Of a stretch of 21,351 nt of DNA, positions 1 to 7,637 are shown in pieces. Each line of letters opens with the position of its first letter. The first letter of the stretch is position 1. The stretch lies in NCBI GenBank assembly GCA_031366795.1, contig JANLOX010000295.1, positions 1 to 21,351 on the forward strand, written 5' to 3'. The DNA is from Candidatus Eiseniibacteriota bacterium. Lineage in GTDB: Bacteria > Eisenbacteria > RBG-16-71-46. Below the pieces are notes generated by a model. That model had not been told where the DNA came from, did not search any database, and worked only from the letters and a program-made list of their open reading frames with translations. The position numbers were made by a program, and so were the translations under genes.

Positions 1-13
1 GTCGGTTTGGCAT
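1..13 (-). CDS. Possible 5' end of a gene running off the left edge (M-P-N-R...)
   Basis: Minus-strand ATG at 13 preceded by AGAAGGG (RBS-like) and a sigma70-like promoter at 81-110. Only 4 codons are visible, so no product can be assigned. Confidence 0.3.
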
Positions 14-80
14 TCTGCGGCCCTTCTAATGCGGGAACGATGCCAACATGGGGCGGACGCGTCGCAATCGACGGTCCGCG

Positions 81-110
81 ACTCTAGGTCGCGATTTGAA
101 CGGGCGTCAA
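81..110 (-). promoter_or_regulatory. Putative sigma70-type promoter
   Basis: Minus strand reads TTGACG-N18-TAGAGT in the intergenic region downstream of priA, pointing to the ATG at 13. Confidence 0.45.
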
Positions 111-224
111 GGCCATGCGGCCGCCTAAGGATGCGGCCCAGAAGTTGACAACCCCGTGTGATTGTCGCGATTGGGCGCGACGGCATCGCGACGGTGTGGC
201 GATCCCGCCGCGCCGAGGCTGCGC

Positions 225-2240
225 CTAGAGAACATCCATCGGGTCGACGTCCGCCGCGATCTTCACGTGCCGCGCGTGCTTGCTCGCCTCGTACACCTCG
301 AGCGTCTGGCGGGTGCACTCGTGCAGCGCCTCCGAGTGCGTGCCCTTGAGCAGCACATGCCAGCGGTGTTGCCCGCGCAGCCGCGCGAACGCGGCGGGCG
401 CTGGGCCCAGCACTTCGATCGCCGACTCGCCCGCGGCTTCGCGCGCCGCAACGCCACCGGCCTCGGCGGCCGCGATCACCTCCGCCTCGTCGGGCCCGGT
501 GAAGCGCAGTGACACCAACCGGCGAAACGGCGGGTAGCCCGCGTCGCGCCGCTGCTCGAGTTCGTAGTCCAGAAACGTCTTCTCGTCGAGCTGCGCCGCC
601 GCCGCGATCGCCGGATGGTCGGGCGTGCACGTTTGCACCAGCACTTCGCCCGGAGTGACGCCGCGCCCGGAGCGCCCCGACACCTGCACCAGCAACTGCC
701 AGGTGCGCTCGGCGGCGCGGAAGTCCGGCAAGTGCAGCGACACGTCAGCGTCGAGCACGCCGACGAGCGTCACCCGCGGGAAGTCCAGTCCCTTGGCGAT
801 CATCTGCGTGCCTAGCAGGATGTCGGCCTCGCCGCGCCCGAACGCCGCGAGCGTCGAGCCGCGCGAGTTGCCCGCCCGCGCCACGTCGAGATCCAGCCGC
901 AGCACGCGCGCCTCGGGCAACGAGCGCTTGAGCTCGCGTTCGATGCGCTGCGTGCCCGCGCCGCCGAAGCGCAGTAGCGTCTCGCCGCACTTGCCGCATG
1001 CGCCGCGGAACGGCTCCGAGTGATCGCAGTAATGGCAGCGCCAGGCCTTGGGGCTGGCGTGCAGCGTCAACGTGATGTCGCAGTGCGGGCACTCCGGTAC
1101 CCAACCGCACGCCCTGCACTGCGTATGGTGCGAATGGCCGCGCCGGTTGAGGAACAGCAGCGCCTGCTCCTTGCGCTCGAGCCGTTCGCGCAGTGCCAAG
1201 AGCAGCGGCCGCGACACCATCGAGCCGCCCTCGGGCTCCGTGCGCTGGTCGATCACGCGCACCGCCGGCATGCCGCGGCGGTCGACGCGATGCGGCAGGC
1301 GCACCGAGCGGTACTTGCCGCGCGAGACGTTGGCGAGTGTTTCGAGACTCGGCGTCGCGGTCCCCAGCAGCACCGGGATGCCCAGCATCTGCGCGCGCCG
1401 CACGGCAGTGTCGCGGCCGTGGTACTTGAGGCGCTCGCTCTGCTTGTAGGCTGGTTCGTGTTCCTCGTCGATGACGATGAGCTGCAGCCGTGACAACGGC
1501 GCAAAGATCGCCGAGCGCGCGCCGACCACCACATCCAGCGAGCCGCGCCGCGCCAACTCCCAGTTGCGGCGGCGCTCGCCCACGCTCAAGTAGGAGTGCA
1601 GCACACCGACGCGGCCGCCAAAGCGGCGGCGGAAGCAAGCAACGACCTGGTCGGACAGGGCGACTTCGGGCACCAGCACCAGCGTCTGCCCACCCGCTTC
1701 GCGCACCTGGTTTGCCGCGCGCAGGTAGATCTCCGTCTTACCACTGCCCGTCACTCCATGCAGCAGTAATGGCGCAAATTGCTTCGAACCGATCGCCTGT
1801 TCGACCGCCGTGAACGCGGCCTTCTGCCCCGCCGTGAGCACGATGCGCTCAGGGATCGCCATGCGGAGCACCGGATCGTCCACCGCGGCCTTGCGCGCGC
1901 GGCTGGCCGCGAAACCCTCGAGCCCCCCAGGGAGTGCGGCGCCCAGGACTTCGCCGAGCGGCGCCATGTAGTACCCGGCGATCCAGCGTGCCAGCGCGAG
2001 CAGATGCGCCGACACCGCGTCCGGCTCGAGCACCGAGGTGAGCGCCACGATCCGCTCGAGCGTGGTTTCGCCCACCCGCTCTACCACGAAACCGCGGCGC
2101 GGCTTGCCCCGAAACGGGGCCAGCACGTGACTGCCCGGCCGTGCCGTTTCCAGTAATTCTTCGGGGACACGGTAGGTGAAGGTCTGGCGCAGCGGCAGCA
2201 CGAAGGCGACCTGCGCGTATGGCAAGGGGGCGGAGGGCAT
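225..2240 (-). CDS. priA: Primosomal protein N' (replication restart helicase PriA), ~671 aa
   Basis: N-terminal 3'-DNA-binding domain (FTYRVP...APFRGK), Walker A GVTGSGKT, DEEH, TATPS, four CxxC pairs (CRAC, CPHC, CHYC, CGKC), GTQMIAKGLDFP, QVSGRSGR, C-terminal DVDP. Start moved from the ORF-track 2360 to ATG 2240 (MPSAPLPYAQV) because recognisable PriA sequence begins there. Confidence 0.96.
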   Translation of the reverse strand: MPSAPLPYAQVAFVLPLRQTFTYRVPEELLETARPGSHVLAPFRGKPRRGFVVERVGETTLERIVALTSVLEPDAVSAHLLALARWIAGYYMAPLGEVLGAALPGGLEGFAASRARKAAVDDPVLRMAIPERIVLTAGQKAAFTAVEQAIGSKQFAPLLLHGVTGSGKTEIYLRAANQVREAGGQTLVLVPEVALSDQVVACFRRRFGGRVGVLHSYLSVGERRRNWELARRGSLDVVVGARSAIFAPLSRLQLIVIDEEHEPAYKQSERLKYHGRDTAVRRAQMLGIPVLLGTATPSLETLANVSRGKYRSVRLPHRVDRRGMPAVRVIDQRTEPEGGSMVSRPLLLALRERLERKEQALLFLNRRGHSHHTQCRACGWVPECPHCDITLTLHASPKAWRCHYCDHSEPFRGACGKCGETLLRFGGAGTQRIERELKRSLPEARVLRLDLDVARAGNSRGSTLAAFGRGEADILLGTQMIAKGLDFPRVTLVGVLDADVSLHLPDFRAAERTWQLLVQVSGRSGRGVTPGEVLVQTCTPDHPAIAAAAQLDEKTFLDYELEQRRDAGYPPFRRLVSLRFTGPDEAEVIAAAEAGGVAAREAAGESAIEVLGPAPAAFARLRGQHRWHVLLKGTHSEALHECTRQTLEVYEASKHARHVKIAADVDPMDVL

Positions 2241-2526
2241 CGTCACCGAGCATCGGGGGACAGCTGCGGCAACGCAAATTGCGTCCCCCATCGTGCAGCC
2301 GCGCCCGATCGGAGCGGTGCCCGGCCACCGGACCGCGGCCACACGCGCCCGGCGCGCCACCGCGGAGGCGGGCGTGCCGCAATGCCGTGCACTGCAACCT
2401 GCACGAATGCGGCTTTAGGGATTGCCGCGTGGGGCGTTCCACCCTGCGCCGGCGGCCGTCTTGAGCGATCGCAGCACGGAAAAATCACCCAGCAGGATCA
2501 CCCGGAATCGGCCGATCACTTCGGCT

Positions 2527-3006
2527 ATGAAGACCGCCGGGACGACAACACGCGCACCGCTTCGGGACAGCGGACCGGGCCATGGCCAGACCGGCTTTTC
2601 GTTGGTGGAACTGGCCATTGTGCTGGTGATTCTTGGCCTGATCGTGGGCTTCGCCGTGCCAGGCTACGGCGCGTATATGGCGTCGCAGCGGCTCAAGGGC
2701 TCGACCCAGAACCTCGCGGCCGAGGTACGCATCGCCCGCGAGCGCGCGATGTCCCTCGGCGTCGACCAGCCATTGCATTTTTACGAGGACACCTGGAATT
2801 GCGATTTCCACGTTCACACGGGTGCCGGCGTCACGAACATGTGGAGCTTTCCACCCGGAGTCCACTACGCGCCGGGCTCGACTATTGCAGTCACCATGCT
2901 GAAGGACGGCTCCGCGTCGCCCTCCGGCAAGGTGGTGCTGCAGGACACGCGCGGACGCCGGGACACCCTGAGCATTCTCGCCTCAGGCATCGTTCTCATT
3001 CGCTGA
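2527..3006 (+). CDS. FimT/FimU/GspH-like minor (pseudo)pilin, ~159 aa
   Basis: Class III signal peptide G|FSLVELAIVLVILGLIVGFAVP with E5, then the helix 'QNLAAEVRIARERAMS' typical of FimT/GspH. Start chosen at ATG 2527. Confidence 0.85.
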   Translation: MKTAGTTTRAPLRDSGPGHGQTGFSLVELAIVLVILGLIVGFAVPGYGAYMASQRLKGSTQNLAAEVRIARERAMSLGVDQPLHFYEDTWNCDFHVHTGAGVTNMWSFPPGVHYAPGSTIAVTMLKDGSASPSGKVVLQDTRGRRDTLSILASGIVLIR

Positions 3007-3014
3007 GGTGCTGG

Positions 3015-3419
3015 TTGTCGACTCGCAGGAACCCTTCGGAAGCCGGCGTCACGCTGGTCGAGCTCCTCATCACGCTGATCGTGCTTTCGGTTGGCCTGCT
3101 GGCGGTCTCCCAGCTGTTCCCGGCCGGTACCCGCAACCAGCAACGCGACCAATACATGACCCTGGCGGTTCATTCCGCCCGAGAAAAAGTCGAGCAGTTG
3201 CAAGGACGCACGTGGGCGGACCCCGATCTGTCGATCGGCCGGCATCCTGCCGGCACCGCCGTCGAAGCGATCCCTGAAGGGGGTCTGGAACGCTGGTACA
3301 CGGTCACCGCGATGGCCGCGCCACTGGACAACCTGAAGACACTCACGGTCACGGTCCGCTACCCGGTTCCGGGCATTGGCCGGCGCACCGTGAAGACCGT
3401 CACCTATGTGAGGCGATAA
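3015..3419 (+). CDS. PilV-like minor pilin, ~134 aa
   Basis: G|VTLVELLITLIVLSVGLLAV prepilin motif and 'AREKVEQL' helix. TTG start at 3015 behind GAGGTG (3005-3010), which overlaps the upstream stop. The ORF-track start at 2382 is a non-coding extension. Confidence 0.82.
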   Translation: MSTRRNPSEAGVTLVELLITLIVLSVGLLAVSQLFPAGTRNQQRDQYMTLAVHSAREKVEQLQGRTWADPDLSIGRHPAGTAVEAIPEGGLERWYTVTAMAAPLDNLKTLTVTVRYPVPGIGRRTVKTVTYVRR

Positions 3420-3421
3420 TC

Positions 3422-6394
3422 ATGAAGCCACGCACCCACTGCCCGACTCATGGCCAGGACGGCTTCACGCTGATCGAATTGCTCATCACGCTGCTCGTGC
3501 TCGGAGCCGTTACCATCGCCATCACCGTCGTACTGATTGGCGCCTCGCGCAGCAAGACCACCAGCACCAGCCTGATCGAGGCGTCGCAGGGTTCGCGCGT
3601 CGCCCTCGACCTCGTGGCGAAGGACGTCCGCAGCGCGGGCTATGGTGCCGACCTGACGTTCCCGGGTGGCGCGCAGCCGTCGATCGCCTATGTGGACTCG
3701 CAGGAGATCATCCTGTCCGAGAACACCACCCCCTACCCCGACACGCTCAACGGCCAACCCAGCGGGCCGCTGGCGTACAACCCGTCGGCGAATCCCAAGC
3801 CCTACCCGCTGACCGTGGGCGGCTTCGTGCCGCCGGGACGCTACCGCACCGGCGCCGAACTCATTCGGTACACGCTCGACCTGAACAACGATGGCGTGGT
3901 GAACTCCAGCGACCTCTCGACTGCCGCCGGGGCGGACGCCCAGGCGACGCCTGATCCGGACGACTACCTGCTCGCACGCCAGGTCTACGGCGATTCGAGT
4001 GGCAATGTGGCGGGCAACAACGGCGGCGCCATCCAGGGCGTGGCCCTCGTGCACCGGCCCGGCAACGGCGTGCCGCCACTGTTCACCGTCTACATGCGTG
4101 GCAGCAGCGCGCCGTGGAACTGGGCCAACGGCGCGGTTCCCGCGTCGCAGCTCGCCGATATCGAACGCGTCTCGATCCAGATCACCGCGTCGTCCGGCAA
4201 GGCCGATGGCAATGGCAGCTTCCAGACGAGCCGGATCCAGCAGCAGGTCAACTCGCTGCGCAACACCCCCGATCTCGGCGTGCGCACCTACGTGATCGAC
4301 GGTTATGTGTTTTCCGATGCCAACCACAATCGCGTGCGTGATGGCGGTGAAGCGGGCGTGGCGAACGCCGCGGTGCGCGCCGGCGGCACCTATGTCGCCT
4401 ACACGTCGTCCACGGGCTACTACCAGCTGCGCGTTCCCGCCGGCAGCTATGCCGTGCGCCACACGCCGCCCGCAGGCTTCGGCATTTACAGCTCCCCCGA
4501 CAGTGTCAGCGTGACCGTCCCGCCGGCGGCGAGCGCCAGTTTCGCGGACACCGCACGCGCGGGCGGCTGGGTCAGCGCACACGTGTGGGTCGACACCGAC
4601 GGTGATGGCATCGAGGACGCCGGTGAATCCCCGGCGTCGGGCATCGCCGTCAGCGTCTCGACCGCGGCGTCGAACAACTGGACGGACGCCAACGGCAACG
4701 CTCAAGTGTTCGCGGGCGTGGGCAGCTTCCTCGCCAGCGTTACGGTGCCGGACTCAATGACGGCGAGCACCGCGAACCCGGTGTCCGGTTCGATGACGAA
4801 CGGCGGCAGCGCCACCGTGCGCTTCGGCTTGTTGCCCTCGCTGACCGGCACGGTCAAGGGCAAGGTGTACCGCGACAACAACCGCAACGGCGTGCTGGAC
4901 GGCGGCGAGGCAGGCATCCAGGGCACGTGGGTGGGAGTGACGAAGGATGGCATCACAGTGAATGGCTACGCGTTCACCGATGCCAATGGTGATTACTCGA
5001 TCCTCGCCCCGATCAACGACCCGCCGCACACGCAGCCGTATTACGTCTACACGGTGCCACCGGCCGGCTATTACCCGACCAGCACCACGGCGATCGCGAA
5101 TGTGTGGGTGCAGAACAACGCCACGCTCACGGGCAAGAACTTCGGCATGGCCGGCTACCAGGTCATTACCCTGAACGCCAGCCGCGTGCTGAGCCTCGCG
5201 TCCGCAGACCTGATCGAGAAGGACTGGAACGGCAACCAGACCCAGAACGCCCAGAAGGACCTGGACCTGGTGCTGGGTGCCGACGCCGCAGGGGCCGACA
5301 ACGTCTCGGTGTGGTTCAACAACTACAACAGCACCCCGCTGTTCGCGCCCACGCCGGACTACACGCGGCTCGCGCCCCAGTCGGTGATGGCGATGGCGCT
5401 GGACACGCTGGACACCGGCTCGCCCACCGCGCGCCCGGATCTCGTCAGCGGCACCAAGAAGGCCGCCACCGGCAACTTCTTCGTGTGGCTCAACCAGAAT
5501 TCGAGCGGCAATCTCGGCTATCTCCCCGCAACCTATTCGACGGGCCTCAACTACACCACGCAGGACGCCGGCGACGTGCAGGCGGTGCTCACTACGGACG
5601 TCGCCGGCAATTCGATGCCTGACATCATCGTGGGCACCAAGTCGCCGACCACCGGCACGGGCACGATCGAGGTGTGGACAAATTCCGGCGGCACCTCGCC
5701 GACGTTTACCCGGGCCGAAACCTATCCGTCCGCGGGATCGATTCCCGGTGGCCTGATGGGCGAAGTAACCAGCATGGCGCTCGCCGACTTCGACGCCGAC
5801 GGCGATCTCGACCTCGTGGTCGGCACGCGCAAATCCAGCTACTCGGGCGAGCTGCTGTTCTTCAGCCTCGAGTCGAGGACCAACGGCAATCGCTACCGTT
5901 GCCGGAGCGTATACACGCTGCCGAACGACGCCGTCACCTCACTCGCCGTGTGCGACCCCAACGGAGACGGACGGCCGGACGTGATCGTCGGCACCCAGAA
6001 CGCGTCGAATGGCGGACGGCTGCAGCAGTGGACCAATCTCGGGGCCGGCTGGAGCTTCGCCGACGTCCGTGACGTGAACGCGAACGGCATCGTGATGTCG
6101 CTTCACTCCGCCGACCTGGGCGGAGGATCGGCAACGGATGTCGTCGTGGGCTGGCGCCAGAACGACACGAGCTACGTAGGAGGTGTGGACGTGTACTACC
6201 TCGACCTCGGCATCCTGCCCTCCACCGGAGTCGACGTCTCCGGCGGTTCGATCACAAACATGGTGCCCGCCACGTGCACCACCAACCTCAACTGGGGCAC
6301 GAACCCGACCATTGCGCCGCCCTACCTCACCGACATCGCGGTCGGTGTGAAGACCGGATTGACCACCGGCGCACTCGTGCTGTTCATCCGCTGA
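3422..6394 (+). CDS. Giant modular PilW-like minor pilin with 3 SdrD-B/Cna-B-like repeats and an FG-GAP/VCBS beta-propeller, 990 aa
   Basis: G|FTLIELL prepilin motif; PilW-type 'ALDLVAKDVRSAGY'; pilin domain ends '...VNSLRN' (aa ~281); three repeats of G-x-V-[FWY]-x-D-x-[ND]-x-[ND]-G-x-x-D-x-G-E; seven blades ending in D-[LIV]-x-x-G (e.g. DFDADGDLDLVVG, DPNGDGRPDVIVG). Confidence 0.85.
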   Translation: MKPRTHCPTHGQDGFTLIELLITLLVLGAVTIAITVVLIGASRSKTTSTSLIEASQGSRVALDLVAKDVRSAGYGADLTFPGGAQPSIAYVDSQEIILSENTTPYPDTLNGQPSGPLAYNPSANPKPYPLTVGGFVPPGRYRTGAELIRYTLDLNNDGVVNSSDLSTAAGADAQATPDPDDYLLARQVYGDSSGNVAGNNGGAIQGVALVHRPGNGVPPLFTVYMRGSSAPWNWANGAVPASQLADIERVSIQITASSGKADGNGSFQTSRIQQQVNSLRNTPDLGVRTYVIDGYVFSDANHNRVRDGGEAGVANAAVRAGGTYVAYTSSTGYYQLRVPAGSYAVRHTPPAGFGIYSSPDSVSVTVPPAASASFADTARAGGWVSAHVWVDTDGDGIEDAGESPASGIAVSVSTAASNNWTDANGNAQVFAGVGSFLASVTVPDSMTASTANPVSGSMTNGGSATVRFGLLPSLTGTVKGKVYRDNNRNGVLDGGEAGIQGTWVGVTKDGITVNGYAFTDANGDYSILAPINDPPHTQPYYVYTVPPAGYYPTSTTAIANVWVQNNATLTGKNFGMAGYQVITLNASRVLSLASADLIEKDWNGNQTQNAQKDLDLVLGADAAGADNVSVWFNNYNSTPLFAPTPDYTRLAPQSVMAMALDTLDTGSPTARPDLVSGTKKAATGNFFVWLNQNSSGNLGYLPATYSTGLNYTTQDAGDVQAVLTTDVAGNSMPDIIVGTKSPTTGTGTIEVWTNSGGTSPTFTRAETYPSAGSIPGGLMGEVTSMALADFDADGDLDLVVGTRKSSYSGELLFFSLESRTNGNRYRCRSVYTLPNDAVTSLAVCDPNGDGRPDVIVGTQNASNGGRLQQWTNLGAGWSFADVRDVNANGIVMSLHSADLGGGSATDVVVGWRQNDTSYVGGVDVYYLDLGILPSTGVDVSGGSITNMVPATCTTNLNWGTNPTIAPPYLTDIAVGVKTGLTTGALVLFIR

Positions 6395-6395
6395 C

Positions 6396-7637
6396 ATGCG
6401 ACCGAACCCCAACACGCCGCCCCGCATGCCGTCTGGCGAGCGTGGTGTCGCGCTCATCATGGCGATGCTCGTCCTGCTCGTGCTCAGCATCATGGCGATC
6501 ATGATGATGATGAACGTCACCCTGAACCGCCAGGTCGCGGGGCTCGACGTGCGCGGCACCCAGGCACTCGCCGTGTCCGAGGCCGGCATCAGCGAGGCGC
6601 TATCGCGCTTGCGCAATGGTGACATCACGCTGCCGACGAACAACCCCAAGGCCGTCGCGCAGATCTTCCTGGCCAACGCGGGCAGCGTCCCCGTCGTCGG
6701 CACCGACACGACCGCGATCGAAACGCGCCAACCCGCCGGGTCCTGGTTGCCTTACAGCACCCCGAACAAGAGCCCCGACGTGCTCACCGTACAGTTCAAG
6801 ACCAACAACGCGCGCAACCAGATCTACTATTACGACGCTACGCTGCCGACGCCGATCAACACCACGAGCGGGCTACCGATCTACCAGATCACGTGCACAG
6901 GCCAGCAAGGCACCAGCCGCCGCCGCGTCGTCGCCGAGGTGATCCAGAAACCCTACCTGGCGCTCACCAAAGCCGCGCTGACCGGCAACCAGGATATCCG
7001 CTTCATCGGTAACGCCGTCGTCTGCGGCTACAACCACAGCGCCGACACCCCGACGTCTGCCGGCGAGAACGGCCGCTTCGGCGGCAACAGCTGCATGCCC
7101 TATGAGGGAGTGGGCGGCGACCTCCCCGGCTCGTGGACCACCGGCCAAACTTGGAACGGAGGCGTCGCGTCACAGGCCGGCAAACCGTTCGCAAATATCT
7201 CGGGTGGCACCGGCTTCTATCCCGGCCCATGGGCGATGCTCGGCATGTCGCAGGCCGACTTCATGAGCTGGATCGGCCCCGGCTCCACCACCACCGGATC
7301 TGCGAACGGCATCATCTACCTCGACAATGACGGCACCGCGCAAAACCAGTCCGGCTCCTTCGCCTACCACGGCGCCTCCGGCGAGGGCCTGATGTACGTC
7401 GACGGCGACCTGACGCTCAATTCGACGTTCGTCTACCGCGGCCTCATCTATGTCGAAGGCGACCTGAAGATGAACGGCCAGGCATGGATTCTTGGAGGTC
7501 TCGTCGTCCGCGGCCGCTCCGAAATCCGTCAGAACGGCGGCGCGACGATCCTGTACTCGTCGGATGCGATCTCCCGCGCGCTGGCGCGGTACGGCGGCCA
7601 GTTTGTCACGCTCTCCTGGAGAGAAGTCACCCTCTAA
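6396..7637 (+). CDS. PilX/GspK-like minor pilin with a C-terminal beta-rich domain, 413 aa
   Basis: ERG|VALIMAMLVLLVL lacks E5 (PilX/GspK hallmark); 'ALAVSEAGISEALSRL' PilX N-terminal helix; C-terminal repeats GIIYLD / GLMYVDGDLTL / GLIYVEGDLKM / GGLVVRG. Confidence 0.82.
   Translation: MRPNPNTPPRMPSGERGVALIMAMLVLLVLSIMAIMMMMNVTLNRQVAGLDVRGTQALAVSEAGISEALSRLRNGDITLPTNNPKAVAQIFLANAGSVPVVGTDTTAIETRQPAGSWLPYSTPNKSPDVLTVQFKTNNARNQIYYYDATLPTPINTTSGLPIYQITCTGQQGTSRRRVVAEVIQKPYLALTKAALTGNQDIRFIGNAVVCGYNHSADTPTSAGENGRFGGNSCMPYEGVGGDLPGSWTTGQTWNGGVASQAGKPFANISGGTGFYPGPWAMLGMSQADFMSWIGPGSTTTGSANGIIYLDNDGTAQNQSGSFAYHGASGEGLMYVDGDLTLNSTFVYRGLIYVEGDLKMNGQAWILGGLVVRGRSEIRQNGGATILYSSDAISRALARYGGQFVTLSWREVTL

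Noticed and set aside
145..175. Plus-strand TTGACA as an antisense promoter into priA
   Set aside because: No acceptable -10 hexamer at 16-18 bp spacing.
2255..2289. Hairpin GGGGGAC...GTCCCCC upstream of priA
   Set aside because: Short GC-rich stem with no riboswitch or terminator signature; plausible by chance.
2410..2426. Sigma54 promoter for the pilin operon (CGGCTTTAGGGATTGCC)
   Set aside because: GG-to-GC spacing is 11 rather than the required 10 and the CAC is missing; kept only as a shared-word observation.
2382..3014. N-terminal extension of the 345-aa ORF, suggesting a long pilin fusion
   Set aside because: Overlaps the FimT-like gene in another frame and is Arg/Pro-rich noise; a TTG start with an RBS explains the real gene.
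6501..6512. (ATG)4 run in pilX as a phase-variation tract
   Set aside because: In-frame triplet repeat encoding part of the hydrophobic helix; too short and would not shift the frame.
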